Origin: a phage
Direction: 5' to 3' (one strand)
Sequence record: PV730302.1
DNA: 64,000 nucleotides
In this document: piece by piece, positions 23,921-33,802 of the stretch
Position numbering within the stretch: position 1 is the first letter of the stretch
Layout: the number at the start of each line of letters is the position of its first letter
Program-made: the position numbers and the translations under genes
The notes under the pieces: generated by a model
Databases searched by the model: none
Told to the model about the DNA's origin: nothing
Seen by the model: the letters and a program-made list of their open reading frames with translations, nothing else

Positions 23921-25201
23921 ATGGCTAAAATTAACGACCTTTTAAAAGAGTCGACCATTACTTCGAGTTCTTCGATTGGTCGTCCAAATTTAGTAGCTTT
24001 AACCAGAGCTACGACCAAACTTGTTTATACCGACCTTGTAGCTCAGCAGCGTACTAACCAACCTTTGGCTGCTCTATATGGTATCAAATATCTTACAGAA
24101 AAAGATGAATTATCTTTCCAGACGGGTGCTACTTATTCCGGTGCAGTATCCGCTAAAGACCGTGCCACTATCCCAGTTTTCACTGCAGGTGCTGTTTACG
24201 CTAAAGATGATTTGTTCCAATTTGAAAACGTAGTTTATAAAGCTTTGGTAGCAACACCATTTGCAGGTGCTACTGGTGATGAATACGAACAACTTCAAGA
24301 AGCTATTGTTAAGTTGACTATTCGTATTATGTCTGACGCCGCACTGACTGAGCGTTTTGAAGGTCCTCAAGAAGTAGATATTTCTGAAGCTAAATTCGTC
24401 GTTAATAAATGGAACGCTCCAGTTAAATCCCGTAAGTTGAAGAGCACTGTTACTGTAGAACTGGCTCAAGACCTCGAAGCAAATGGTTTCGATGCCCCTA
24501 ATTTCTTGGAAGACCTCCTGGCTACTGAAATGGCTGATGAAATCAACAAAGATATTCTTCAGTCCCTGGTTACGGTTTCCAAGCGTTATAAAGTTGAAGG
24601 TTTGTGTGATGATGGCTTAATTGACCTGAGTTATGCTAACTCACCAGAAGCTTCTCGCAAGCTTTATGAGATAGTTTGTGAAATGGTTTCTCATATCCAG
24701 CGCGCAACCTCTTATACGGCAACTTATGTGGTAGCGAGTACTCGTGTAGCTGCTGTTCTGGCTGGTTCCGGATGGTTAAGACACACCCCACAGAACGACA
24801 AATATCTTTCTGCAAATGCATACGGATTCCTGGAAAACGGTTTGCCGGTGTATTGTGATACCAACACGCCAATTGATTATGTTACTGTAGGTGTTAAAGA
24901 GGAATTTGGTGGGAAAGAAGCAGTAGGTTCTTTGTTCTATGCGCCGTATACAGAAGGCCTTGATTTGGCTGACCCTGAACATGTGGGTACATTTAAAGTG
25001 GTTGTTGACCCTGAAAGCCTGCAACCATCTATTGCATTAATGGTTCGTTATGCACTGGCTGCTAACCCTTATACGGTTACTGCTGATGATAAACAAGCCC
25101 GTATTATTGATGCGACTAATATGGATTTGATGGCGGGACGTTCTGATATGTCTGTATTGCTTGGTGTGAAACTTCCTAAAGTTTTGACTGAATTAAACTA
25201 A
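23921..25201 (+). CDS. gp24: Capsid vertex protein gp24
   Basis: 426 aa; paralog-like to gp23; TATAAATA at 23884-23891. Confidence 0.9.
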   Translation: MAKINDLLKESTITSSSSIGRPNLVALTRATTKLVYTDLVAQQRTNQPLAALYGIKYLTEKDELSFQTGATYSGAVSAKDRATIPVFTAGAVYAKDDLFQFENVVYKALVATPFAGATGDEYEQLQEAIVKLTIRIMSDAALTERFEGPQEVDISEAKFVVNKWNAPVKSRKLKSTVTVELAQDLEANGFDAPNFLEDLLATEMADEINKDILQSLVTVSKRYKVEGLCDDGLIDLSYANSPEASRKLYEIVCEMVSHIQRATSYTATYVVASTRVAAVLAGSGWLRHTPQNDKYLSANAYGFLENGLPVYCDTNTPIDYVTVGVKEEFGGKEAVGSLFYAPYTEGLDLADPEHVGTFKVVVDPESLQPSIALMVRYALAANPYTVTADDKQARIIDATNMDLMAGRSDMSVLLGVKLPKVLTELN

Positions 25202-25202
25202 C

Positions 25203-25233
25203 AAAAAAGGGACCTCACGGTCCCTTTATCATT
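25203..25233. terminator. Bidirectional terminator between convergent gp24 and rnlB
   Basis: AGGGACC-tcac-GGTCCCT flanked by A-run on one side and T-run on the other. Confidence 0.65.
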
Positions 25234-26240
25234 TATTTGGATACTAGGTCAATCCATACATGTCTTAATGTTTCTTTTACAGACTCGATGAGTTGCTTTT
25301 TAACTTCAACAGGATTTTCAGCATCAGTTAATTCTAATTCTTCACGGGCAGCTTCTTCTAAGATATCTTGGACTGTCAAGCCCATTACCTTTCCAAAATC
25401 CTTCGGCGATACTTCACCAATCTTACTGATGACGTTGTTAATGCGGTTAACAGTCACATAATCAGTGAATTGCCACATCAAGTCCATATCGTCTTGGGAT
25501 AAAACCACTGCAACTTTAATAGGCTTATCAGACTTTTTCTTCTCGCTGAATTTAGAGTTCTTACATTTAATCGCTACACGATTTCCATTAGGAAGCCAGA
25601 GTGGGTAGCAAGGTTTTAATACATACCCTTCAGCCGTAAATACTTCGCCTTTTGCTTCAGCATTCCACACATGGGTATTAGCTTCAATTAGCCCGACGTT
25701 ATCTACCATAAAATTATAATCAGGAAGGACGGAATCTAAATCATTTGGCAATTTAATAAGGTCTTCAAATTTACCACGTCCTAAAAGTGGAGCCAGTTTA
25801 AATCCAAAGGTCTTACAAAATGATTCCATCATATAATCATCGACATAGGTCACATCACCGCTTTCGGTGGTAACAATAATGTCAAATACATAAAAATCTT
25901 TAGCACCGTAATCAACATTCTTCTGAATGCCCGTTCCAGCGAATTCACCGAAAACTTGATAAGATACAGCTGCCGAAGTTTCCATAATATCTTGTACGGC
26001 TTTAATAGAATCAGCATAGTTCTTAAGTACAATTTCATAACCATAGAAATCTTCAGCAGGGAGGATAGGGCCAGTGCGCTTGGCGCATGTGACTGCGTCA
26101 CGTTCTATGATTAAACTAAAGTTGGTCCCATGAATCTTCTCACGTGCTGCCCATTCACCACCAGTCAAACCGTTAGTACGGAGTTTTTCGATAAACTTAT
26201 TGTTGTAGTGGTTTTCGAGACTGCTATATTTCTTGAACAT
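25233..26240 (-). CDS. rnlB: RNA ligase 2 (Rnl2)
   Basis: 335 aa; strong similarity to T4 Rnl2 incl. KIHGTNFS adenylation motif. Confidence 0.9.
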   Translation of the reverse strand: MFKKYSSLENHYNNKFIEKLRTNGLTGGEWAAREKIHGTNFSLIIERDAVTCAKRTGPILPAEDFYGYEIVLKNYADSIKAVQDIMETSAAVSYQVFGEFAGTGIQKNVDYGAKDFYVFDIIVTTESGDVTYVDDYMMESFCKTFGFKLAPLLGRGKFEDLIKLPNDLDSVLPDYNFMVDNVGLIEANTHVWNAEAKGEVFTAEGYVLKPCYPLWLPNGNRVAIKCKNSKFSEKKKSDKPIKVAVVLSQDDMDLMWQFTDYVTVNRINNVISKIGEVSPKDFGKVMGLTVQDILEEAAREELELTDAENPVEVKKQLIESVKETLRHVWIDLVSK

Positions 26241-26324
26241 AAATCACCATAATAAATATAATTAAATAGAAGAGCTAGTAGTCTTCTGTCACCAAGCCAA
26301 ATGGTTTAACGGAAGGACCTAGAC

Positions 26325-26354
26325 CCATTATATCACACCTAAATTTAAAGCATA
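26325..26354 (-). promoter_or_regulatory. Candidate T4 middle promoter (MotA box TGCTTTA + TATAAT) for rnlB
   Basis: Minus strand: aTGCTTTAa, 13-nt spacer, TATAAT, about 90 nt upstream of rnlB ATG. Confidence 0.45.
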
Positions 26355-26564
26355 TTACTTTGAACCAGAACGCGCTTTACGCCGAACCTTATTGTTCAAT
26401 CTTTTACGATAAACAACCTTTTCTTTCGCTTTAAATTTGGCCTTGGCTTGTTCTACATCAACCCATGCTTTGGCCATATCCTTAGCGGTCCCGCCCATTT
26501 TTTTAGCAATTTCTATAAAATTCAACCCAGATTCGTGTAAAAAATGTACTTTAACCTTGTCCAT
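26355..26564 (-). CDS. Hypothetical small basic protein with helix-turn-helix-like segment
   Basis: ORF 26355..26603; start revised to internal ATG (MDKVKVHF...); GLNFIEIAKKMGGTAKDMAKAW resembles HTH; Lys/Arg-rich C-terminus. Confidence 0.45.
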   Translation of the reverse strand: MDKVKVHFLHESGLNFIEIAKKMGGTAKDMAKAWVDVEQAKAKFKAKEKVVYRKRLNNKVRRKARSGSK

Positions 26565-26649
26565 AACAATTCTCTCGTTGAGTTGGTAAACCCATCTTAA
26601 CATAGGATTTTTAACTTGTAAACAGGAATTTTGTACTTTAATGCAAAAT

Positions 26650-26663
26650 GGGCCGAAAGGCCC
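26650..26663 (-). terminator. Hairpin downstream of hoc (GGGCC-gaaa-GGCCC)
   Basis: GC hairpin immediately 3' of hoc on minus strand with short T-run. Confidence 0.45.
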
Positions 26664-26667
26664 ATAA

Positions 26668-27516
26668 TTAGTAAACGTAATCGTATATAATACCAGCTTC
26701 TAAAGCGGTGCGATGAATAATTCGACCATTACGAGATTCTTGTACATCAACCTCTGGATAGTCGGTAATCATTTTTTGAAGTGTGTATCGGTGCAAATAA
26801 TACGGGCTATCTGGGTTATCTGTTTTCCAGTCTTGACCAGCAAGAGTCATTTTCTGAATTTCGTCCATAACCCACCAACCGCACCAAATATAAGCTGAAT
26901 TACGTACCGGCAGCGGATGAACGTAAGGTAGTTCACCATCCGGAACTGGTGCGACTTCAGCCGTGACTGTTACATTACCGGTTTTTGTGACAGTCGCCGG
27001 GTCATAATCAGTCGCCGAAACCACAACAGAAACTTCAATAACCTGTGAACCTTCAGTGCTTGTGTCGATTGCTAGAGTATCCGTGGTGCCAACTACAGGA
27101 GAACCGTCTTTCTTCCAAGAATAGGCAAAAGTAGCGCCAGCAGGCGCGCCGACTACATCCGCTTTAAAAGAAGCTGGAGTGCCTTCCGGAACATTAATTG
27201 ATTCTGGGGTTAATGTCACAGAAACATCTGACATAGTTTTGTTCTGGATAGTTAAAGTCGTCTCAGCTTCAGCAGTTTCCGGTTCGCCGTCCGCTGGTGT
27301 AGTTGTTGCAACAACTTTAATAGTCTTGCTGCCTGCTGGACCAACAGCAACATAATCCATTGCAGCAGTCACAGAAGATTGAGGAACGCCATCAACAGTC
27401 CAGACAAATGATTCGGTACCTTCAGCTGCAGCACCGGAACCGGTCGCAGTGAAATTGGTTGTTGCTCCAATAACGGCCGTAGCCGCCAAAGGAGCAATAT
27501 CTACGGTATAAGCCAT
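26668..27516 (-). CDS. hoc: Highly immunogenic outer capsid protein Hoc (short form)
   Basis: 282 aa; C-terminal region (ELPYVHPLP...SAYIWCGWWVMDEIQKMT...YYLHRYTLQKM) matches T4 Hoc as recalled; fewer N-terminal Ig-like repeats than T4. Confidence 0.85.
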   Translation of the reverse strand: MAYTVDIAPLAATAVIGATTNFTATGSGAAAEGTESFVWTVDGVPQSSVTAAMDYVAVGPAGSKTIKVVATTTPADGEPETAEAETTLTIQNKTMSDVSVTLTPESINVPEGTPASFKADVVGAPAGATFAYSWKKDGSPVVGTTDTLAIDTSTEGSQVIEVSVVVSATDYDPATVTKTGNVTVTAEVAPVPDGELPYVHPLPVRNSAYIWCGWWVMDEIQKMTLAGQDWKTDNPDSPYYLHRYTLQKMITDYPEVDVQESRNGRIIHRTALEAGIIYDYVY

Positions 27517-27526
27517 AATAAAACCC

Positions 27527-28198
27527 TTATTTTAAAGTGACAAAAGATGAGTTACGAGTTTCTCGTACTAGAACAGACCCATTACGATTGATGTAATAAA
27601 TCAAGCTGAATAGTGTTTGGTGTGCGGTAGGATGTTGGAAACTGGTTGGACGTTCTTTCCAATCCGGAGTCTCAGAAATCCATTGGTAAATCCACCAAGG
27701 AACGGTGCAATAACCAGGGTTCTTACCGATAAGCAAAAGATTAGGACTGAAGTTTTCAGGTAAAGAGAATACAGGTTTTTCAGATTCAACCACCTTGGCT
27801 ACAGCCTCTTTGAATTTCTCTTCGTCAAATGGAACATCCTCTTCGATAATCTCTACCTTAGGAAGTTCGGCCACCTCTATTACTTCAACAACCGCCTCAG
27901 GAGCATCGAACAACAGGGTTGCTTCTTCTTTAGCTGGTTCTACACCTTCGATAAAATCATTATCACCAGTGAGTTCGTCAGCAGCATCAATCAAATCAGA
28001 AATAGACAACCCGTCTGTTTCCGGAAGTGGTTCGTCAGCCAAGGCTTTAAGGCCTTCAGAGATATCGATAATCAAATTATCAAACGAACGGGTTTTCTTA
28101 AGTTTTAAACCGAACTGTTCGCCGTATTCGATTAACTTAGCTTTAGCTTCTTTTTTATCTTTGAGTGCACGAAGCTCTTCAATATATTGAGTATCCAT
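27527..28198 (-). CDS. inh: Putative Inh (inhibitor of prohead protease)
   Basis: 223 aa acidic protein in the T4 inh position between hoc and uvsW; called by synteny and size only. Confidence 0.55.
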   Translation of the reverse strand: MDTQYIEELRALKDKKEAKAKLIEYGEQFGLKLKKTRSFDNLIIDISEGLKALADEPLPETDGLSISDLIDAADELTGDNDFIEGVEPAKEEATLLFDAPEAVVEVIEVAELPKVEIIEEDVPFDEEKFKEAVAKVVESEKPVFSLPENFSPNLLLIGKNPGYCTVPWWIYQWISETPDWKERPTSFQHPTAHQTLFSLIYYINRNGSVLVRETRNSSFVTLK

Positions 28199-28217
28199 AA
28201 TTAGTCTCTTGTTGGTG

Positions 28218-28239
28218 TATAAATATAACTATATTTATA
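28218..28239. promoter_or_regulatory. Divergent late promoters: TATAAATA (+, uvsW) and TATAAATA on minus strand (inh)
   Basis: TATAAATA at 28218-28225 on + strand; TATTTATA at 28232-28239 reads TATAAATA on - strand. Confidence 0.5.
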
Positions 28240-28253
28240 ACTGAGAATTACTT

Positions 28254-29750
28254 ATGCAAATTCAAGTACATTTTGATAATTTTAGTCATGTCCGTATCGA
28301 GTGTGATGAATCCACATTCTACGAACTCAGAGACTATTTTAGCTTTGAAGCTGATGGATATAAATTCAACCCTAAATTTCGTTATGGGCAATGGGATGGG
28401 CGTATTCGTCTTCTAGATTATAACCGTAAACTGCCTTATGGACTTGTCCCTCAAATTAAAAAGTTCGCCGAACAATTTGAATATTCTCTGTGGATTGACC
28501 CACGTATTCTTGAACAGGAAGATATTTCTCGTGAAGATTTTGACTCATGGGTTGCTTCTCAAGAAATTTATTCAGGGTCTACCAAGATTGAGCCTCATTG
28601 GTATCAGAATGAAGCCGTATACAACGGCCTGACAAAACGACGCGCAATTCTGAATTTACCTACATCCGCAGGTAAATCATTGATTCAGGCGCTCCTGAGT
28701 CGATATTACGTTGAGAACTACGAAGGTAAAATCCTTATTCTGGTTCCTACTACTGCACTTGTCGACCAGATGATTAATGACTTCATCGATTATCGATTGT
28801 TCCCTAAAGCAGCAATGCTTGGTATTCGTTCAGGTACTGCTCGTGATTCTGATGCAATGATTTACGTTTCAACTTATCAAACTGCTATCAAGCAACCTAA
28901 AGAATGGTTTGCTCAGTTTGGTATGTTTATGAACGACGAATGCCATTTGGCTACAGGTAAATCTATTTCTACTATCATCGAAGGCCTAACCAACTGTATG
29001 TTTAAATTCGGTTTGTCTGGTTCTTTAAAAGATGGTAAAGCTAATTTAATGCAATATATGGGTTTGTTTGGTGATGTGTTTAAGCCGGTATCCACTTCCC
29101 AATTAATGGAAGAAGGACAGGTTACTGACCTTAAAATCAACAGTATTTTCCTTCGATACCCAGACGAATTCACTGTTAAGATGAAAGGTAAAGATTACCA
29201 ATCAGAAATTAAAGTCATTACTAAGGCTACTCGTCGTAATAAATGGGTTGCTAATTTAGCTGTTAAACTCGCTAAGAAAGAAGAGAACGTATTCCTGATG
29301 TTTAAAAACATCGAACACGGTAAAACTCTTTTTGAAATGGTTAAAGAGCAACATAAAGAAGTTTATTACGTATCAGGTGAAGTTAATACCGAAACGCGTA
29401 ATGCTCTGAAAGTAATGGCGGAAAATGGTAAGGGTATTATTGTTGTGGCAAGTTATGGTGTGTTCTCTACTGGTATTTCCGTTAAGAACCTTCACCACGT
29501 TGTATTTGCCCATCCAGTAAAATCTAAAATCATTGTACTCCAGACAATTGGTCGTGTACTCCGTAAACATGCCTCTAAATCAACAGCACAGGTGTGGGAT
29601 ATCATCGACGACATGGGTGTTAAGCCTAAATCAGCTACGGCTAAAAAGAAATATGTTCATTTGAACTACGCCCTCAAACACGCTTTAGAACGTATTCAAC
29701 GTTATGCTGATGAGAAATTTAATTACGTAATGAAACAGGTGGATTTATGA
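28254..29750 (+). CDS. uvsW: UvsW DNA/RNA helicase
   Basis: 498 aa; helicase motifs (LPTSAGKS Walker A, DECH box); strong similarity to T4 UvsW; TATAAATA at 28218-28225. Confidence 0.95.
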   Translation: MQIQVHFDNFSHVRIECDESTFYELRDYFSFEADGYKFNPKFRYGQWDGRIRLLDYNRKLPYGLVPQIKKFAEQFEYSLWIDPRILEQEDISREDFDSWVASQEIYSGSTKIEPHWYQNEAVYNGLTKRRAILNLPTSAGKSLIQALLSRYYVENYEGKILILVPTTALVDQMINDFIDYRLFPKAAMLGIRSGTARDSDAMIYVSTYQTAIKQPKEWFAQFGMFMNDECHLATGKSISTIIEGLTNCMFKFGLSGSLKDGKANLMQYMGLFGDVFKPVSTSQLMEEGQVTDLKINSIFLRYPDEFTVKMKGKDYQSEIKVITKATRRNKWVANLAVKLAKKEENVFLMFKNIEHGKTLFEMVKEQHKEVYYVSGEVNTETRNALKVMAENGKGIIVVASYGVFSTGISVKNLHHVVFAHPVKSKIIVLQTIGRVLRKHASKSTAQVWDIIDDMGVKPKSATAKKKYVHLNYALKHALERIQRYADEKFNYVMKQVDL

Positions 29751-29974
29751 AAACCTTTAAAGAAGTTATTCAAGAAGCATCTATTGAAAGCTTCATGGCT
29801 AAAATTGGTTCTTGTCAGACTATGGATGGTCTGAAGGAATTGGAAAAGTATTACAAAACTCGTAGTAAGGAAGCTGAACTTCGTGATTCGGATGATATTA
29901 GCGTGCGCGATGCATTGGCTGGTAAGAGAGCTGAATTGGAGTCGATGGACGACGAGGAAGAGGAAGATTTCTAA
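29747..29974 (+). CDS. uvsW.1: UvsW.1 small acidic protein
   Basis: 75 aa; overlaps uvsW stop; matches T4 UvsW.1 position and size. Confidence 0.8.
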   Translation: MKTFKEVIQEASIESFMAKIGSCQTMDGLKELEKYYKTRSKEAELRDSDDISVRDALAGKRAELESMDDEEEEDF

Positions 29975-29977
29975 ACA

Positions 29978-30010
29978 AAAAAGGCCCAACCTTTCGGAAG
30001 GGCCAATAAC
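29978..30010. terminator. Hairpin between convergent uvsW.1 and uvsY.-2-like gene
   Basis: GGCCcaaCCTT-tcgg-AAGGGCC bulged stem with A-run upstream. Confidence 0.4.
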
Positions 30011-30033
30011 CATAAATGGCTATACACACTAGA

Positions 30034-30201
30034 CTAAAGTAGTAATTGGGTTTCGTTCAGCTGTTCTTCAGTGTTTTCCGTAACCGGCAAGCTTTGAACG
30101 TAATTATAACATGAGCCCGGATGAACCGGACCTTTTTCTGTTTCAACAACCAATGCAGCATCGATTGGAGTTTTACAGACAACGCAAATCTTATCTGACA
30201 T
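30034..30201 (-). CDS. Small CxxC protein, uvsY.-2-like
   Basis: 55-aa ORF not in supplied track (MSDKICVVCKTPIDAAL...); CxxC plus HxxxC suggests zinc ribbon; position matches T4 uvsY.-2. Confidence 0.5.
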   Translation of the reverse strand: MSDKICVVCKTPIDAALVVETEKGPVHPGSCYNYVQSLPVTENTEEQLNETQLLL

Positions 30202-30229
30202 GATTGTCTCCTTAGTTTAACTTACATAT

Positions 30230-30328
30230 CTATTTATTACTTGATAAAGCGGTATTAATGAATTCTTGAAGAAGTTTCATTTTATCGGCATCTACTTTAA
30301 TGGGTTTGGTATTTTTAGTACGTCTCAT
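30230..30328 (-). CDS. Very small ORF (32 aa) translationally coupled to uvsY stop
   Basis: ATG overlaps uvsY TAA (TAATG); MRRTKNTKPIKVDADKMKLLQEFINTALSSNK; below track threshold. Confidence 0.3.
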   Translation of the reverse strand: MRRTKNTKPIKVDADKMKLLQEFINTALSSNK

Positions 30329-30762
30329 TATTTACCTGCCTCAAATTGTCTCATCTCATGCATGGTCTTAAGGTTAAAACCACGCGCCTTAATAGCATCA
30401 AGTGCTGAACTACAAAAGTCCTGTAATAAAGCCCAATACTGGATTGATGTATCGATTTTAATTACACTCGAATCTGCAGCCATAACGGTCTTTAATTCAG
30501 ACTTCTCATACTGGTCCATACAAACCTCATCACCAGGCTCTCCACGTCCCGTGTAGAAATCTAATCGCTTCTTAAGTGAGGTCTTTTTCTGGATTTCTAA
30601 TCTCATTATTTCTTTCTTACAATTCGTATACAGCCTTAGCCATTTGCTGTGCAGCAAAACGTTGTTCTGTACTTCATATTGTAAACGAGTTCCATCAATC
30701 TTTAAATCCTCGTCTAATGCGTCCTGAAATGATTCTAATTTATATTCAATCTCTTTACTCAT
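30328..30762 (-). CDS. uvsY: UvsY recombination mediator
   Basis: Start at internal ATG (MSKEIEYKLE...); strong similarity to T4 UvsY (KSELKTVMAADSSVIKIDTSIQYWALLQDFCSSALDAIKARGF). Confidence 0.88.
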   Translation of the reverse strand: MSKEIEYKLESFQDALDEDLKIDGTRLQYEVQNNVLLHSKWLRLYTNCKKEIMRLEIQKKTSLKKRLDFYTGRGEPGDEVCMDQYEKSELKTVMAADSSVIKIDTSIQYWALLQDFCSSALDAIKARGFNLKTMHEMRQFEAGK

Positions 30763-30791
30763 CGCATGTTTCCTGTGTAATAACCATAGGA

Positions 30792-30821
30792 CCATTATAC
30801 ACTATTCATTTGAACAGCAAT
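30792..30821 (-). promoter_or_regulatory. Candidate promoter for uvsY (TATAAT with partial MotA-like box TTGCTGTT)
   Basis: Minus strand TATAAT at 30794-30799 with TGCTGTT about 13 nt upstream; imperfect MotA box. Confidence 0.35.
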
Positions 30822-31210
30822 TAACCACTCTGTGAGAGCTGGATTCTAATTTGCTCTAATGTATCCGGGTCATCAACTATACTAAACTGAACGGTCACTA
30901 TAATCGAGTTATCATCGTACACAGGTGTCACACCTACAGCCAGGGTAGAAATTCTGGGTTCGAAGTTCCGCACAGCGGAAACTATATTACGCTTAATGGT
31001 ATCCGTGATTAGTGGAGTAATATTCTCAAACAATTGGTTACTGATGTCACAACCAAATTCAGGCATAAAAGGGCGTGAACCTTTGCGAGTAGTAATAATG
31101 CCTAACAAACTATTTTTTACTGCACGAGCACCTGTGGCTTTAGCGACGTCTCTATTCCAAGACGTCCTCATTTCAGGGTCTAAATCTGAATACATTTTAT
31201 TGATATTCAT
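30821..31210 (-). CDS. gp25: Baseplate wedge protein gp25
   Basis: 129 aa; strong similarity to T4 gp25 (LLGIITTRKGSRPF...EFGCD). Confidence 0.9.
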   Translation of the reverse strand: MNINKMYSDLDPEMRTSWNRDVAKATGARAVKNSLLGIITTRKGSRPFMPEFGCDISNQLFENITPLITDTIKRNIVSAVRNFEPRISTLAVGVTPVYDDNSIIVTVQFSIVDDPDTLEQIRIQLSQSG

Positions 31211-31833
31211 TACATCACCTTAAAGAACTCTTTAAGTCCCTCAATAACGTGGACGGTATGTTCACCGCATTCGCAAGAAATAGGTATAGCCAAAATAGGC
31301 TTAGGGGCAACTAGTGCATCATAAACTTCTTTTATGTCTTTTTCTGATATCACAGAATAAAGGTCATCAAGTTCCGCATCGCTTAAATCGGAAAGAAAAA
31401 GCTTTTCGCCTGCAGAAGTTAAAATATAATCGATACACCCTGCGACCATCATAGCTCTATTTTTATCTTCAAAGAGTTTAGGATATCTGAAAACAATTTT
31501 AAAGTTGCCAAAGTCTTTAATAACATCAGGCTCTTTACCTAATGTTGCGCGAGTTAGTGTCATAGGGACAACCTGTGAACGACCACAACTACAAACCCAC
31601 TCACGTTCTATATTCACTTCAGCTAATGAATGGGCCCACAGGTTTATCACCAGGAGCTCAGATTCTTGCTTGTTTAAATCACGAGCATCTGTGCAATTCG
31701 AAATGAGTTCATTGATAAAGGACTCTATTCTGCCTTCTAATTTAGCTTGGAGCAAGTCCTTATACTCTCTGAGGGTAAATGCTCTGCATTTTATGGTTTT
31801 GTTTTTAATTTTTACGTCAAAAGTATAATTCAT
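31210..31833 (-). CDS. gp26: Baseplate hub subunit gp26
   Basis: 207 aa; synteny upstream of gp25; AGGAG RBS; minus-strand TATAAATA at 31852-31859. Confidence 0.8.
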   Translation of the reverse strand: MNYTFDVKIKNKTIKCRAFTLREYKDLLQAKLEGRIESFINELISNCTDARDLNKQESELLVINLWAHSLAEVNIEREWVCSCGRSQVVPMTLTRATLGKEPDVIKDFGNFKIVFRYPKLFEDKNRAMMVAGCIDYILTSAGEKLFLSDLSDAELDDLYSVISEKDIKEVYDALVAPKPILAIPISCECGEHTVHVIEGLKEFFKVM

Positions 31834-31851
31834 TGTCTTCTCCTTTAAGCT

Positions 31852-31863
31852 TATTTATAAATA
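31852..31863. promoter_or_regulatory. Palindromic divergent late promoter TATTTATAAATA (gp26 on -, gp51 on +)
   Basis: 12-nt palindrome reads TATAAATA on both strands between divergently oriented gp26 and gp51. Confidence 0.55.
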
Positions 31864-31883
31864 CATCAATAAGAGGACACCCT

Positions 31884-32636
31884 ATGGCTAATATAGTACG
31901 TTGTGAAATGCCTGATGGAGTCCACCGATTTAAACCTTTTACAGTAGCTGATTATCGTGATTTTATTTTGATTCGAAATGACATGAATAATAAATCACCT
32001 GAAGAGCAAAAACAAATTTTAGATGAGTTACTGGAAGAATACTTCGGTGGATATCCTATGTCATGGCGCCCGTATATGTTCATTGAACTTTACACATCAT
32101 CACTCGGCAAGACCAAAATTCCTATCCGATACACTTGCAGTAAGTGTGAAAAGGATAGACAAGTCTTATTCAATTTGAAACAGGCCAAGTTAGATAACCC
32201 TACAATTGAAGTGGCAGGCTTGAAGCTAACATTCAAATTTCCGGAAATAGAATATCACGATAAATCTGAATTGATTTTGAACACCCTCCAAACCGTAGAA
32301 GATGAAAATGGAAAATATAATTGGTCAGACCTTTCTGAAGAGGACCAATTAGCCGTAATAGATGCTATAGACTTATCCACTTTAGAGGATATAGTTAAAC
32401 AAACTAGCCCTATTCATTTCGAACTCAAATACGGATGCTGTAATCGTAGAACAATTACGTATACCGATATTTTAGAGGTGTTTAAGCTTATAGTCAATCC
32501 GGATGAGATATTTTTATTTTACCAAATAAACCATTTATTGGTAAAGAACAATTATTCATTAGAAAGCATTATGCAGATGATTCCAATCGAACGCGGTATT
32601 GCTTTGTCTTTGGTTGAAAAGGACCTTAAGAAATGA
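31884..32636 (+). CDS. gp51: Baseplate hub assembly catalyst gp51
   Basis: Start revised to internal ATG ([12 protein letters not shown]) downstream of TATAAATA at 31856-31863; about 250 aa. Confidence 0.78.
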   Translation: MANIVRCEMPDGVHRFKPFTVADYRDFILIRNDMNNKSPEEQKQILDELLEEYFGGYPMSWRPYMFIELYTSSLGKTKIPIRYTCSKCEKDRQVLFNLKQAKLDNPTIEVAGLKLTFKFPEIEYHDKSELILNTLQTVEDENGKYNWSDLSEEDQLAVIDAIDLSTLEDIVKQTSPIHFELKYGCCNRRTITYTDILEVFKLIVNPDEIFLFYQINHLLVKNNYSLESIMQMIPIERGIALSLVEKDLKK

Positions 32637-33802
32637 GTTCAAAAACTATGCAACGTGAAGGCTTTCCTAATATTAGTATACGCCTTTACGAAGATTATGA
32701 CGCCTGGTTAGAGCATCGTTTTGTTGAACTAGGCGCGACATTTACTACTCTAACAATGCGAGATGGACTTTACGGTAGTAATGAAGGATTGCTCCAGTTT
32801 TATGATGCAAAGAACCTTCATACTAAAATGGACGGCGAACAGATTATTCAAGTTTCCGTTAAGAACGCCAACTCTGAGCGTACCCAATCAAGAATTTATG
32901 GAAGTAAGCACTTTGCTGTAGGAGTGGATTCGAAGGGTGATAATATCATAACAATACAACTCGCCCCAATCCACTTTTTAGAAAATCTTAAATTCGGACG
33001 TATGTTCTTCCCAAGTGTTCAAGAAACATTAACCGAAATGATTGGTGTTATTTATCAAGACCGCCCACTTCTTGCACCTCCATTGAACGGGATAAACGTT
33101 TACGTTCCTAATGTTCCTTGGTGTGATTCAATGGACCGTTATATGGAATTTGTACGAGAAGTAGGTATGGCTGTTGAATCTGATAAATTTGTATTTGTCT
33201 GGGAAGATATAGATGGTATTTCTATTATGGACTACGAATTTATGGTTAATCAAGAGCCAATTAATTTTGTGGTAGGTGAGCCGCGTTTAATAGGCCAATA
33301 CGTTCAAGATATGGATACTCCTATCGCATTTGATTTTGAATGGTTAACTAAAGCCAACCAGCATTCCAGAAAGCCATATGAAAACGCTACTATATACGCC
33401 CACTCTTTCTTAGACAAAAACGCCACACGAATTACTTTTGGCGATGGGCAAAACAGTATATTGGTTTCTCGCTCTGGCGGATATTCCGATTATACCTATC
33501 GAAATGGATATGAAGAAGCTGATAGATTAGTTACAATGGCCCAATACGACGGCTACGCGCATTGTAAGGTATACGGTAACTTTGAACTAACTCCAGGTGA
33601 TAAGATTAATTTCTACGACCCTAAAAACCAATTCCAATACGATTTTTATGTAGACGAAGTTATTCATGAAGTGAGTAACAATACATCAATTACAAACCTT
33701 TATATGTTTACTAATGGTAAGCCTATTAAGATTGAAGAACCACCGAAGGTTAAAAATGAACTTAAAACTGATACTCCCGATCAAGAAAATAACGCTGGGT
33801 GA
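32633..33802 (+). CDS. gp27: Baseplate hub subunit gp27
   Basis: 389 aa; synteny and size match T4 gp27. Confidence 0.88.
   Translation: MSSKTMQREGFPNISIRLYEDYDAWLEHRFVELGATFTTLTMRDGLYGSNEGLLQFYDAKNLHTKMDGEQIIQVSVKNANSERTQSRIYGSKHFAVGVDSKGDNIITIQLAPIHFLENLKFGRMFFPSVQETLTEMIGVIYQDRPLLAPPLNGINVYVPNVPWCDSMDRYMEFVREVGMAVESDKFVFVWEDIDGISIMDYEFMVNQEPINFVVGEPRLIGQYVQDMDTPIAFDFEWLTKANQHSRKPYENATIYAHSFLDKNATRITFGDGQNSILVSRSGGYSDYTYRNGYEEADRLVTMAQYDGYAHCKVYGNFELTPGDKINFYDPKNQFQYDFYVDEVIHEVSNNTSITNLYMFTNGKPIKIEEPPKVKNELKTDTPDQENNAG

Noticed and set aside
27795-28190. 131-aa Ser-rich ORF antisense to inh
   Set aside because: Low-complexity poly-Ser translation mirroring the Glu-rich Inh sequence; artifact.
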